Shown one piece after another: positions 24,584 to 36,819 of a stretch of DNA of 64,000 nucleotides. The notes beneath the pieces were generated by a model, which saw only the letters and a program-made list of their open reading frames with translations, did not search any database and was not told where the DNA came from. A program made the position numbers and the translations under genes. The stretch is from Balanoglossus misakiensis (taxonomy: Eukaryota > Animalia > Hemichordata). Where the stretch lies: the NCBI GenBank assembly GCA_040954595.2, contig CM082593.2, positions 9,681,200 to 9,745,199 on the forward strand. The letters run 5' to 3'. Numbering within the stretch: position 1 is the stretch's first letter; every line of letters begins with the position of its first letter.

Positions 24584-24668
24584 CCCTTTCACAACCAAGG
24601 TTCAGTCAAAACCCATTGTTTTCTATGAAAAGGTTTGACCGGTATAGAAGGAACTTGGGGTGAAAGGG
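24584..24668. mobile_element. 85-bp piggyBac-like MITE
   Basis: TTAA|CCCTTTCAC..GTGAAAGGG|TTAA; degraded relative at about 26899-26987. Confidence 0.75.
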
Positions 24669-25146
24669 TTAAAGGGACAAAGTCGCTCTTTTTGACTTTT
24701 GACTCACTTGCTTTTATTAGAGGTTCCTACCTTTAAATGTTTCATAAAATGTTTAATCAAATCTGTCTACAATCAGAGTAGACATTTTTTACATATACCT
24801 TTTGTTAAATGATTGTTGTTGTATTTCAGATTGTTGTCAGGAGCAGGTGAGAAATATGGTATGATTTCTGAAGGTCTGAGTACTGCATTGCAGTTATTTG
24901 ACGATATGAAGAGTTTACGATATTCAAGGTAATTATGGTAAAATTCTGAGTTTCAAGATCATTCTCTACATATGGCCCTGACTTTTTTTGGTGGTTTATC
25001 TGTTTTTGTAAAGTTCACCATGTCAACCAGGAAATGATTCCATACAGACAGTGGAGTACAACTGAGATGTGAAGTACATTGAAACCTGCCTAGGAAGGAC
25101 ACCTCTGGGACCACAAAATGTGTCCTTAATAGAGAGGTGTCCTTAA

Positions 25147-25972
25147 AGGGACAAATTCTCTCCCTCGCTGCCCCTTTTCCATGAATTAGGTTTGTTACAG
25201 GGCACCATTTTTGTTATTCTACATGTGGATATATAGTGAATCAATGTTTCACCACACACAACTTCAACCCTGCTTGTAGCCACCAGAGTGATAAAAAACA
25301 CACGCCAATAATCGGTCTCTATCATTTATTCATTTTATGCGAGTTTTTATGCTCATATCATTCAAGTGGTATGGAAATTGTGTATGGTTGAACGTTCATT
25401 AACTACATATACACATGTACATTAATATAAAATGTCTCTTGTATCAAACATAATGGAAAAAATCGCGTCAAGGACACAGTGGTCCCATTGAGGGAATACA
25501 CAAGAAAAAGTCTACACCGGAGTAAATGGCGATATACTGACAGACACACACACTAAATAGAACAGCTGGCCTCTTTAAAACTTAGCCAGTTATGTAATCA
25601 TTCAGGAATTTCCTGTGTATATAAACAACTCAATAAAGTAAATACACACCACTTCGCAAAGCAATCTGACCAGTAGTTCTTGAGTTACTGAGTTTTGACT
25701 AAGTTCACATTTTTCCAGCTAATTTGCATATTTTTGGCAACGACAACTTCATTTGAACAAACTCCCATCTACAGCCCAGCCTGCATGTGCACACCAAATA
25801 TCAAGGTGATACACACAGTGGTTTTCAAGTTTTTGATGTGGACGGACATACATCCATACATCCATCCAATACATACATACATACAGACGCAACCAATCCC
25901 ATAAGGTCCCATGGTATATAGGCCTATACCAATGGGACCTAAAAAGGGCAGCGAGAGAGAGACTTTGTCCCT
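25147..25972. mobile_element. Kolobok-like MITE (TTAA TSD) containing a HINE-like insertion
   Basis: TTAA|AGGGACAAA..TTTGTCCCT|TTAA. Confidence 0.7.
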
Positions 25973-27899
25973 TTAACAGAAATGTGCATGTAATATTCTA
26001 TTCAAACCATTACTCTTGTCTTGAACAATCTTTCCTTAATAGAGAGGTGTCCTGATTAGAGAGATGTCTGTATTAATTGACAGGTTTCACTGTATTATCA
26101 ACATTTTCAGTTTCATAATCCTTCTGGATGTCTTTGTCAGAAAATTTTGACAGCAGCCAAAAACTTTCTCTGCCATACTCACAATAAGAGAAAGCTTGCA
26201 CCTGTGTTTTACTGTTAAATTACCACACCACAAAATACTGTAAAACGGGTTATTTTCGCAAGCAACTAATTTTTGCGAAATACGCGAGAGCCAACAAAAT
26301 GTGAAAATAAAAAGTTGCGTAAAATGTTTTTCGGATATAAAGATGCAATGAAATACAAGAACATGAAAATTAATCCTCGCATAACAGTTGCCTCTTTTAA
26401 TATCGCAAAAATTTCCTGTCACGAAAATAATCCGTTGTACAGTAATATTGAAGGTCAGAATGCTTTTGATGAGAGAACAATACACCAGTTGCAAAGTATC
26501 TTGACTAACATAAAAATGATTGAATTTTCTGAAGAAGATATAATCTCGCAGTTGGTGTATTGTTTCCTCATCAAAAGCATTCTGACCTTCAATATTATTC
26601 TGTTGAGCTTTACATGCAATCTAGTCTATATATGTTCAGAGGCGATTTTATCATCGGTAACAGATCCTAAATACTAAAAGAGCATAAAATGACTGCGACA
26701 GATACTTTGTTAGTTGTAACAGGTGTGAAATAAGAATTTGGATAACATTGACAGTATTTTGGCTATTGTTGGGGGGGGGGGGTGGAGCAATAAGTGATTT
26801 TGAAACCCCATGTAACACCTGTCTTACCATTAATATGACTGCATTTATGGTACCATAAGGAATGCTAACAAAATGACTGGGGAACCCTGGTTACATTACC
26901 CTGATCACCACAATGGTTCAGTCCAACAGCATTGTTTTCTATGGTAAGGTTGGACCTCTGAAGAGGGAATTGGGGTGGAAGGGTTAAAAAAAAACACTGA
27001 CTGACAATACTGCCAATAACAAAATATTGTTTTATCTTCTCTTTGTATACAGCACACCAATACAGAAACATTGTATATTGATCTGCAACTCTCCTCCATA
27101 TCCTTTGCCAAGTCAAGATAGTATTAATTACAGTGGATTTACTGCAGAACAATTGGCTGCCATGTTGGGTGAGGTAAGTAAGCGATGTAAAACATTTCAT
27201 ACAACACTGCATACTAACAATAGTCATATCAACCTGACAAGGGAAGATGAAAAAAAACACTAAGCCCCATTGAACAGCTGTATTTTCTTGGAATCTGGTT
27301 TTATAATAAACTTTGATTGATTGAAATGTGTTTTACATCTAAATGCATCGTTTTGGGAACATTTTCTAGAATGTATGTGATTATTAAATTGAACTTGTAT
27401 ATTTGCTGGGGGCAACTATTTTTTCATTAAAGATGAGGAATGCCCAATGTTCGGATTGTCTTCAAAAAGATGACAACAACTCAAGTCTCAAAAACTCTTT
27501 GTTTTGAATTTTGAATTGTTTTTGTTGCATCAGTAACGACTTCACATGTGGATGCCACATTTTGATTCTTAGCAAATGTTGTATTTTGACACAGAGGAGT
27601 CCATTCCTCAATCATATCACCCCGCAAACTGCCTGAACTCCAAAAACTTAGCAACAACGCGTGAAATACAGATGGTACCTATAAAGGATTATGCGGCTGA
27701 TCCACACCACATGATACTTCTCAAAGGTTATCAACTTGCTGGTAGGTATCTGTTGCTATGCAAATATTTGCAATCATACCATCCTGATTCTAAAGTTCAC
27801 AGGTCAAATATATAACTTGTTTATGTGGCCATTTACAACCAATTCATCATTTTGTGGTTTGTTAAAATGTTACTCGAAATCGGTACTTCCATGAAATGG

Positions 27900-29028
27900 C
27901 AGTGTTCACGCTAACGCTCGCCACACTCGCAAAATGCGATAAAAACTTGGATGTGGCGAAAATTTTCACAAAAAGATTCGCCACGGTGGCGATTAAACAT
28001 TTCCCCCTGTAAAATAGGCGATCGTTTCAAGATAGCGTTAGAAACAATAGAAATAGGGTGATGTTCCCTAGAGGGCGCACTGTATGTGCAAGAGGGGGTA
28101 TCCCTGCATTGACCAATTCACTAGACAATTGAGTTCTGAAGCATGTGTTTGTATGCGGGTCATTGATTTACACATGTTTGAATAGTGATGAGCTATCGGC
28201 ACAGTGGAATGTCCACAATGGATGTAAATCACACCAGATACAAAAGAATATGGCCCAATTATTGATCCTGATTCTACCAAACTAGAGTGGAGAATTATCA
28301 AACAGCTGATGGCCTCCAACAAAGATATGAGTCTTGAAGACTTCTATAAAAATGTCTTGGTGACTGACAGTGATGTATACCCTAATCTGTGTAAATTAAT
28401 AGTCATATACCTGACTAGTCCATGCACATCTGTTGATTGTGAAAGAGGATTCTCTCAGTATAACTTAGTAAAAACAAACTCAAGAAACTTGTTGAGGACA
28501 TCATCTGTTTGTAGGTTAATAAAAATTAACATAGAGGGACCACCAATTTCAGAGTTTAACTTTCAAAAATCATTCCAAATGTGGACCCACCAAAAAGAGA
28601 GAAGAAACCTGAGCTCACTTCTTGAAAATGAGCAAAAAGCAATGGCTAATCGTTTTGAATCAGACCTTGCAGAGTTCACAAAGGGTGTTTGCAATCTGCA
28701 GCAGGCATGTAAAGAAGCAGAGATAGACTCTGATGACTGAGAGTAATGACTGTATCCATGTAAATGACATGAAGCTGAACTAGTAGTTGCTGTATCTTGC
28801 AAACAATTCCCTCAACTATGGGGAATTTCAGTGTCATGTGTTATTAAATAAAGTTAGTTTTAAAATGTTAGTGTCATTTCTTTTTTATTCAGAACAAGCA
28901 TGTTATATTCAATATTCAACTTGATTTGTGTGGCTAATAAATTTTGGCTGTGGCTAAAAGTTTCTTGAGTAAATTAGCCACACACCAGGAGTGTGGCTAG
29001 AAAAGAAAAAATCCTAGCGTGAACACTG
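27900..29028 (+). mobile_element. Internally deleted hAT element with 5-bp TSD (hAT5-like)
   Basis: TIR CAGTGTTCACGCTA/TAGCGTGAACACTG; AATGG duplicated; empty site in the duplicate copy at about 46199-46203. Confidence 0.85.
28309..28740 (+). pseudogene. hAT transposase C-terminal (dimerization) fragment, ZNF862-like
   Basis: YPNLCKLIVIYLTSPCTSVDCERGFSQYNLVKTNSRNLL..IEGP. Confidence 0.85.
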
Positions 29029-32000
29029 AATGGTTGTAATATATTTAATAATATTTATTACACATCACAAATTATTATGCGCTCTTGGTTGGCTAATACT
29101 AAATATGATAGTACTTCATGACCTCTGCACACGAACTGTGCCTTACAGAAGTTATTTTCGCGAGTGATGCAGTGTATTCTGTTGCAGTACTTTCACAAGC
29201 CAAGCATTTTATTCCCCATCATGTCAATGCCTGGCCAATGAATTACACATCCTCCTGAAAATTGCTGGTAGGTGAGAAATCAGTTTCCATGGTTGCATCC
29301 TGGATGAAACACTGGTACAGGTTCAAGACAAGTTTAGTGACATTGTGTAAATCCACAGAAGAATTTCACATCAACTCTATAATCTTCAATTTTTCTCATG
29401 ATTGTGTTTCAGAAAAATCTGTGTCAAGTGGTGATACATAAGAGGTTGCCATCGTGAAACCTAAAACCATAGCAACCACTTCAGTGTCTACAACCACTAC
29501 CACAACACAGCCATTGAAACCCGCATCAACAGTTACCATGTTTACAGCATCTACCTCCAGTATGACCTCAAATCCTCTCAAATCAACTGTTGGAAGTTCA
29601 ACTCCAGGTAAAGTCTCCAGTGTTGCTTATGAGACATTTGTCAAATTAGGTCCGCACATAATTAGACCACCAAGTGACGTGTGAGATATAGTAGAATATT
29701 GCCATGTTGATCTTCACTACAATATTAGTTAAAGTTATATAGCACTCTGTGATCAACGAGTTGAAAATACAGCATGAGCTGTAGTCCCCTTCATCAGCTG
29801 TACACGTAGAATGAACAGAGAAACAGAGAATCATGGGGTATTCAAAGTAGGAAATATGTGCAGGACCAGGTGCATCGATCAGAAAAATTTCCTACAGTGG
29901 ATTTTCTATCTGAGGATGGTGACTTCATGACCGCGATATTGTGCCCTTGAGCGAGGCACTTTACTTCTCATTGCTCTTGGGAGACTGGCTTTGTAGAGGT
30001 GATTTGCACCTGTTCTAGTCTTTCTACTAGACATATTTTCTGTGTTTGCGATTGATGAATTACTGTCTAATGGGAAATTTTTGTAAACTTCGCGAGAACC
30101 AACAAATGCGAATTAAAAAGTCATATAAAAATGTTTTTCGGGGATACTGGTGAAGTTAGTGAAATATAAGAATGCGAAATTTAATTGTAGCATAACAGCT
30201 GTCTCTATTGATATTGCGAAAATTTCTTGTCACAGAAATTTCCCGTTTTACAGTTCATAAATAAATCAACTAGATCTTTTTACTGCAGATGCCACACCAA
30301 CTAATCATCTGTTACCTGGACGACCAAGTCAAATTGGAAGTCAGTCTCCACAACAACTGTCATCCTCTCAACAGAAACTGACTCAACCGAGTCAGCCCCA
30401 GATGCAGGGCCAAGGTAAAAGGTCATCAATGCCTGTTGCCCAGCCTACCAGTTTACCAAACCAACCAGTATCCACTGTCACAGCAAACAGGACACAACAA
30501 CCCAATGTGACTGCCTCAAGTATCCCCATGAGACAATTTTTGTCCACTCAGGTACAGTTGTTGTCTATGTGATTTAAATTAGCTGTTTCTAGTTACCCAT
30601 CTTGTGAATTGAAAGCTTTTTATGACTGTTTCACATAGCCTTGTGTTACCATTTTCTATACAGTAAACTATTGTTTCAAAACACATTCAAAACTTCTGTT
30701 TTGGTTGCTAGAAACCCACTCTGTGAATGCAAAGACTCTTTTGGATAATGCCTGAGACTCAGTGATCAATTTCAATTTTTAATGAGATTAATGTTGATAA
30801 GCCCTAATGTGGGTATGTGTGTTGAAAATAGGACTTAGAGAGTTGCAAGCTCAACATCGAATCAAAAATTGAAGTCATGAATTTAAAATGGGGTTTTGAA
30901 TACTGGCCTTGATAATGCTTCATATTAACTAGGTTTGTTACTCTTTTTGGACAGGCAACTTCACCACCAAAGATGACTTCCCAGCATGCACCAGCTGCTG
31001 CACTGAAAGCCGCAGAGGGTGTCATGCAAATGGCAAATGCTAGTCAGTTCAGTAAGATGCCACCAATTGCTGCTGTGAATCCTATCAACTCACAGTCACG
31101 ACAGAAATGGCCACAAAGAGGTAGGTACAGTCAAACCTGTCTATACTGGCCAGTCAAGGGACTTCCAAAACTGACATTTATAGACAGGTGGCTTCTATAG
31201 ACTGGTCAATAAATGTGCAATGTACATGTACATGAAATGAAACAAAGTTGCCACTACATAGAGGTGGCCACAAACACATAGTTGACTGTCATATATGTTA
31301 TGTTGCCATGGCAGTCATTTACCATGAGTTCGATTATACATTGCCAAAACCGGAGGAAAAAAATATTCAAGTTCCCCTTTTCATATTCTCCATCAATGGT
31401 ATAATACGCCAGTGTCATGACCACACACAACTTCCACCCTGCTTGTAGCCACGAGAGTGAAAAAAACCTCACCAATATGAACAATCGGTCTCTATCATTT
31501 ATTCATTTTGGGCGAGTTTTTATGCTCATATCATTCAAGCGGGATGGAAATTGTGTATGGTTGAACATTCATTCACTACATATACATATGTACATTAACA
31601 TAAAATGTCTCTTGTATCAAACATAATGGAAAAAAAGGGCAGCGAGAGAGAGACTTTGTCCCTTTAATAGAAATGTGCATCTATTTCAACTATTACTTCT
31701 GTCTTGAACAATCTTTCCTTAATAGAGTGGTGTACTGATTAGAGAGATGTCTTATTGACAGGTTTCACTGTATAATATCAACATTTTCAGTTCCATAATC
31801 CTTCAGTGTTTGCCAGAGAATTTCGACAGCACTCAAAAACTTTCTCTGCCATACTCACAATAAGAGAAAGCTTGCACCTGTGTTTTACTGTTAAATTACC
31901 ATACCACAAAAAACAGTTTGTTTTTGCGAGCAATAAAGTTTTCGCGAAATATGCGAGAACCAACAAACGTGAAAATAAAAAGTTGCGTGAAATGTTTTTC

Positions 32001-32425
32001 GTAGATAAAGATGCAATGAAATACGAGAATGTGAAAATTAATCCTCGCGTAACAGTTTGGTCTTTTAATGTCGCGAAAAATTTCCTTTCATGAAAATAAT
32101 CCGTTTTACAGTCTGGTAATATTGAAGGTCAGAATGCTTTTGATGAGAGAACAATACACCAGTTGCAAAGTATCTTGACAAACATGAAATGATTGAATTC
32201 TCCAAAGAAGATATAATCTCGCAGTTGGTGTGTTGTTTCCTCATCAAAAGCATTCTGACCTTCAATATTATTCTGTTGAGCTATACATGCAATCTAGTCT
32301 ATATATGAACAGAAACATTGTATATTGATCTGCAACTCTCCTCCACATCCCTTGCCAAGTCAAGATAGTATTAATTACAGTGGATTTACTGCAAAACAAT
32401 TGGCTGCCATGTTGGGTGAGGTAAG

Positions 32426-33485
32426 CAGTGTTTTCTCCAGGACGCGCGATTGCGTGATTCCCCCTCGATTCCCCCTCTTTTACACTTGAATCGCCCCTTG
32501 AACTTGTTACAAGGGGCGATTCAATCGCCCCTTTCTAGAGCAGCCCACCTAGCCAGTACTTGTGCGTCCATGCCTCCATAGCATGCACTGTCAGTCAAAA
32601 CACTGGGAAAATGGCCGATATTACTGCATGCTGGCCTATACATTTTAACTTCCCACCCCCAAAACTATGTTGTAGATGTCTTTCACATTCAATTATGTGT
32701 ACTTTAGCTCCAGGGCTATAGTGTGCAATTATTGGAACAGCCAAAGAGTTCTATCTGGACACCGTCTAAATTTAGAGCACACATTCAAGTGAACTTGTTG
32801 TTATGGTGACCTTTGAAATTGGGTTGGCAGAACGTAACAATTTTATGCAAATTAAGAGAACTGCGTTCATGCCATGGCGATTATCAAGGATGTATAATTT
32901 TTCCGTGACCTCGTTTTCTTACTTAGGAAGGAAAGTCATTCAATATGTACAGAGACTGTTTACTTTGAGTAGTGTGCCTAGCCACGTACAGATGGGGAAG
33001 TGTACTGCAGAAATCTGAAGGAAAATATACCACTTCAATTTATTCCACTATTAATGGTTTCACAATCTAATATTTTGGCAGCTAAACTGAAACTTTTAAA
33101 AGCAAACAAGATAATTTTTTCCCAGGTATAGTATTAAAGAAAGACACTATTGTTTTTGCAGTTGCATTCATTTTATTCATTTCACTCTCCTTGCCAGGGG
33201 AGCAGTTCTTAGTCACTCTCCTACCACTTGTGTAAAAAATTTCAGGAAAGTTATTTTCAGCTCTCCAGCATTTTTTAAATTACACGCCCTGAAAGTTATG
33301 CAAGCTGGATTGTTCCTCTGCAAAACCTACTAATTTATTATTCAAAATGGTCATTACTTGATATTTACCTAAGTAACATAAATTATGCAAATCATGATTC
33401 CCCCCTATTTTGACCAAATCCCCCCTTAATTTTAGACTAAGGGGGAACATTCCCCCCTTCTCTCAACATCCTGGAGAAAACACTG
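32426..33485. mobile_element. Non-autonomous hAT-like element, probable 6-bp TSD
   Basis: TIR CAGTGTTTTCTCCAGGA/TCCTGGAGAAAACACTG; subterminal ATTCCCCC motifs; flanks GGTAAG/GGTCAG. Confidence 0.75.
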
Positions 33486-33819
33486 GGTCAGCGATGTAAA
33501 GGAGTAGCTCTAAGTGAGCGCTGTTTAAGGCGCGGTGGGGACAGTAGGGGTCCGTGTGCCAGCCAATCATATGCTGTCTGAAGCCCGCCGGAGGGAAAGT
33601 TTCCCGGGCTTGTCATTGCCACTTTTGCATTCGGCGGAGCAGCAGGCTGGACACGGGACGCTATTCCCTTCCGTAGTGTCAAGCGACACTGACAGCGGAC
33701 TGTACGTTTATTCAAGTGGTACACTTTGACTTTCACGATCCTTGAGACAGCGGAACTGACCCATTCAGAGGTATTGTCATGATTTCTGAGATTATCGCTA
33801 ACCTACCTTATCCACAGTT

Positions 33820-35166
33820 TTGAGACTTGGCTCGAACGCTCCCCCGATTGACACTGCTACTTTTGCCGCGTCGGACTGGCGAGAAAAAAGGGCAACGCTG
33901 AAGACACCTCAAACGCTACCTACGGGTAGGCCCGTGCCTGATCCTTCGCTCGTTATATCTGGGTCTGTACCTGAATCAGTGCCCGCGCCGGACTCTGAAG
34001 TACAAAACTGGGCCGATCAACATGGGATCTTACTGCCAACTCTGAATGTGTTAGCGGCCAACGGGTTTACTACGATGCAAGTGGTCAGATTAATTCAGCA
34101 TGACGATTTATATTTCATGAAGATATCTCCTCTTGCCCAGTTTCGGCAATTGGACGCAGCGCTTATCGAGCTTGCCTCACAGAAACGTACGACCGCTCGA
34201 CGGGCAGATGTGGCGGGAGATCGAGATGCCACCCAAGTCGCTGACCGGAACCGTGCGCCCTCGCATACGACGGCCGGACAACAATACACAGACAACATGG
34301 TGGCCCCCAGTACATCAGACTCCCACGAAGCCAGTTCAGCGAGCGCGAAGACCGTCGACTCCGAACAGGCACAACAGGCAAGTCGAGGAGAAGTTGGACT
34401 GGACTCGCTGCTTCAGGCGTTGAATATCAACGCGGGACCACTGAACAATGACCTGACCCCGCCCAGGAAGATACCTCAGCGCATGGACTTAGAACCCATG
34501 GTGTATTTAAAACCGGCGTCCATGGCAGGTTTGAAATTTTATGACATTGTTGACTATGTACCAAGCTCCCTACAGGCTAAGGTCGACCAAAAAGTGCTGG
34601 CCTTTGGAGCGGGGGAAAACAAACTGGTGTTTGAATCGGGTCCATCAAAACCAAAATTAGGGTCGGTGACCCCTCAGCAATGGTCTGCGGCCAACTCTCG
34701 CATTTTGTACGAACTCATTTCAAAGCACAATTACAACCTTACTCAAGTACAAGAGTATTCAGCATACACCATTAAAGTGTGTCAACTGGCAGACCGATAT
34801 GAATGGGTGTCTGTTTTGCATTATGATCGGGAGTTCCGTAAACTACAAGCAGCCTATAATTTACCATGGGGAACTGACTCCCAACATTTGTCCACTGTGT
34901 ATTTGAGGGAAAAAGGGGCAGTGCAAAACAAAGCACGGGGGTCATATCAGGTCAAAAATGGTAAGTCTACTTCTGCGGCGCCCGTTGATGTCAAGACAGG
35001 ACAACCCATTTGTATCGGTTACAATAAAGGGGATTGCAAGTTCGGGGTAAAATGTAATTACAGTCATATATGTTTGGATTGCAAAAAGGGCCATTCCAAA
35101 ATCAACCACCCAAACTTGTCAGGGGGGAACCAAAGAGCGAGAACAAGCCGCTTCAAGGGTAACTGA
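33820..35166 (+). CDS. Ngaro gag-like ORF1 with SAM-like region and C-terminal Cys/His finger
   Basis: YEWVSVLHYDREFRK..W motif typical of DIRS-order ORF1; CIGYNKGDCKFGVKCNYSHICLDCKKGH; true start codon unclear. Confidence 0.8.
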   Translation: MRLGSNAPPIDTATFAASDWREKRATLKTPQTLPTGRPVPDPSLVISGSVPESVPAPDSEVQNWADQHGILLPTLNVLAANGFTTMQVVRLIQHDDLYFMKISPLAQFRQLDAALIELASQKRTTARRADVAGDRDATQVADRNRAPSHTTAGQQYTDNMVAPSTSDSHEASSASAKTVDSEQAQQASRGEVGLDSLLQALNINAGPLNNDLTPPRKIPQRMDLEPMVYLKPASMAGLKFYDIVDYVPSSLQAKVDQKVLAFGAGENKLVFESGPSKPKLGSVTPQQWSAANSRILYELISKHNYNLTQVQEYSAYTIKVCQLADRYEWVSVLHYDREFRKLQAAYNLPWGTDSQHLSTVYLREKGAVQNKARGSYQVKNGKSTSAAPVDVKTGQPICIGYNKGDCKFGVKCNYSHICLDCKKGHSKINHPNLSGGNQRARTSRFKGN

Positions 35167-36819
35167 CCTGCCCACCCCTCCCCCCTTCCCTTCAGCCTTA
35201 CGTTATGAAGCCTGGGTTACTGAAATTTTCCCCAATGACCCAGACAAAGATTTTATTCTTGACGGGATTGAACAGGGTTTTTGCATTGTCGATCCTGGTT
35301 CTAATATCCGCCCTGCTGAGACAAATAATTACAAATCTGCAACGGACCCCTCATTTCATGTTGCAGTGGAGGAACAAATTTTGGTTGAGTTGAGTGAAGG
35401 TCGTTATGAGGTCACATCTGACAAACCAACTATTGTAAGCGCACTGGGGGCCATTCCCAAACAAAACTCACCAGATGTTAGACTGATTCATGATTGCAGT
35501 CAACCGCCCAATTTTGCAGTCAACGACTATGCAACTAATCCTTCGTTTTCCTTCCAAACCTTTGGGGAGGCCACCAAATTAATTAAGCCAGGGTCCTTTT
35601 TAGCTAAGGTGGATTTGAAGTCTGCATACAGGTCTGTCCGTATCCATCCATCTATTAATAGTGCTACTGGGTTGAAATGGACCTTTTCTAACATGCAAGA
35701 GGCTACTTATATGTTCGACACGAGGCTCCCATTTGGAGCCAAAAAGGCCCCCATCATTTTTCACCGTCTCACCCAAGCTATGCGTAGGATGATGCATCGC
35801 AAGGGTTATGTTTGTTTAGTGGTCTACCTTGATGATTTCCTCATTGTTGCAGATACTTACCAGGAGTGCCAAATTGCCCTGAACACCCTTATTTCATTGC
35901 TTCGTAAGTTAGGGTTTGCTATTGCTTGGGGTAAGGTTGAGAGACCCACTCAACGGTTAGTATTTTTAGGTATTGAAATTGATACCCGCGCTTTTACTGT
36001 TGCCTTGCTGCTGCCAAAGCTTCATGCGCTTTATTCATTGCTGCTTATTTTTCACACAAAAACACGTGCATCCCGCCGCCAGCTGCAATTCCTTGCTGGG
36101 AAATTAAACTGGGCTTGCCAGGTCATTGTCAGAGGTAGGACTTTCCTCCGTCGCATCCTGGATTGCATTAATAATCTCCGCCAACCTTCTCATAAAGTTA
36201 TCCTTGGTAGGGAATTTAAGGCCGATCTTGATTGGTGGATTCGCTTTTTACCACATTTTAATGGCACTTGCAAGATTCTGAATACAGACCCTATAACTGA
36301 TGTGCATACAGATGCTAGCAACACCGCTGCCGGTGCTTATTTTAGGGGGGATTGGGTGTACACCAGGTGGGCTGACTGGCCATCTACTTCACACTTCATA
36401 TTAATTACAAAGAGGTGCTGGCTGTTGCAGTGGCAGCACAAAGATGGGCACCTGTGTGGGCAAATCATAGAGTTGTAATTCACACGGACAGTATGTCTGC
36501 TATGGGTATGCTTAATAAGGGGACATGTCGCCATCCATTCATGATGTCTGTGCTTCGTTCTCTATTTTGGCTCTCAGCTTCTTACAACTTCAGCATTCAA
36601 GCAGTTTATGTTCCTGGTAAACTCAATCACATTCCTGATGCCATTTCCAGGTTGCATCAACCAGGTCAGTTCATGAGGTTGCATACACTGCTCCACCCTT
36701 ATGGAGAGCTCCACCCCACCTTCACCTTAGCTAGCTTCCCACTTCACATGCCTTATACTGCTGCTACCTTTCTTACTCGTCAGATCCAGAGATCAAACAG
36801 CTGGAGGAACATCTGGTAG
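35051..36819 (+). pseudogene. Ngaro reverse transcriptase/RNase H, one frameshift at about 36390
   Basis: VRLIHDCS, KVDLKSAYR, LPFG, VYLDDF, HTDAS, INYKEVLAV, HTDS, NHIPDAISR; frame open from about 35051, overlapping the gag end. Confidence 0.9.

Larger units (their letters stand above)
24830..31120 (+). pseudogene. MED25: MED25 (Mediator subunit 25) partial pseudogene, copy 1: exons 24830-24928, 27053-27173, ~27593-27741, 29413-29607, 30289-30551, 30955-31120
   Basis: VWA-domain peptides ISEGLSTALQLFDDMK, HCILICNSPPYPLP..YSGFTAEQL, GVHSSIISPRKLP and DPHHMILLKG resemble human MED25 (IAEGLSTALQLFDDFK, CLLICNSPPYLLP, RGIHFSIVSPRKLP, DPRHMVLVRG, from memory). Frameshift in exon 3, TAA at 29439-29441, mutated acceptor at about 27592. 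Confidence 0.9.

Noticed and set aside
29860-30000. tRNA gene or SINE (GTGCCCTTGAGCGAGGCACTT)
   Set aside because: Only a SINE-body-like motif; no A/B boxes or cloverleaf found.
33771-33817. 47-nt mini-intron (GT..CTAAC..CAG) before Ngaro ORF1
   Set aside because: Splicing does not supply an in-frame ATG (upstream TGA at 33743); unsupported.
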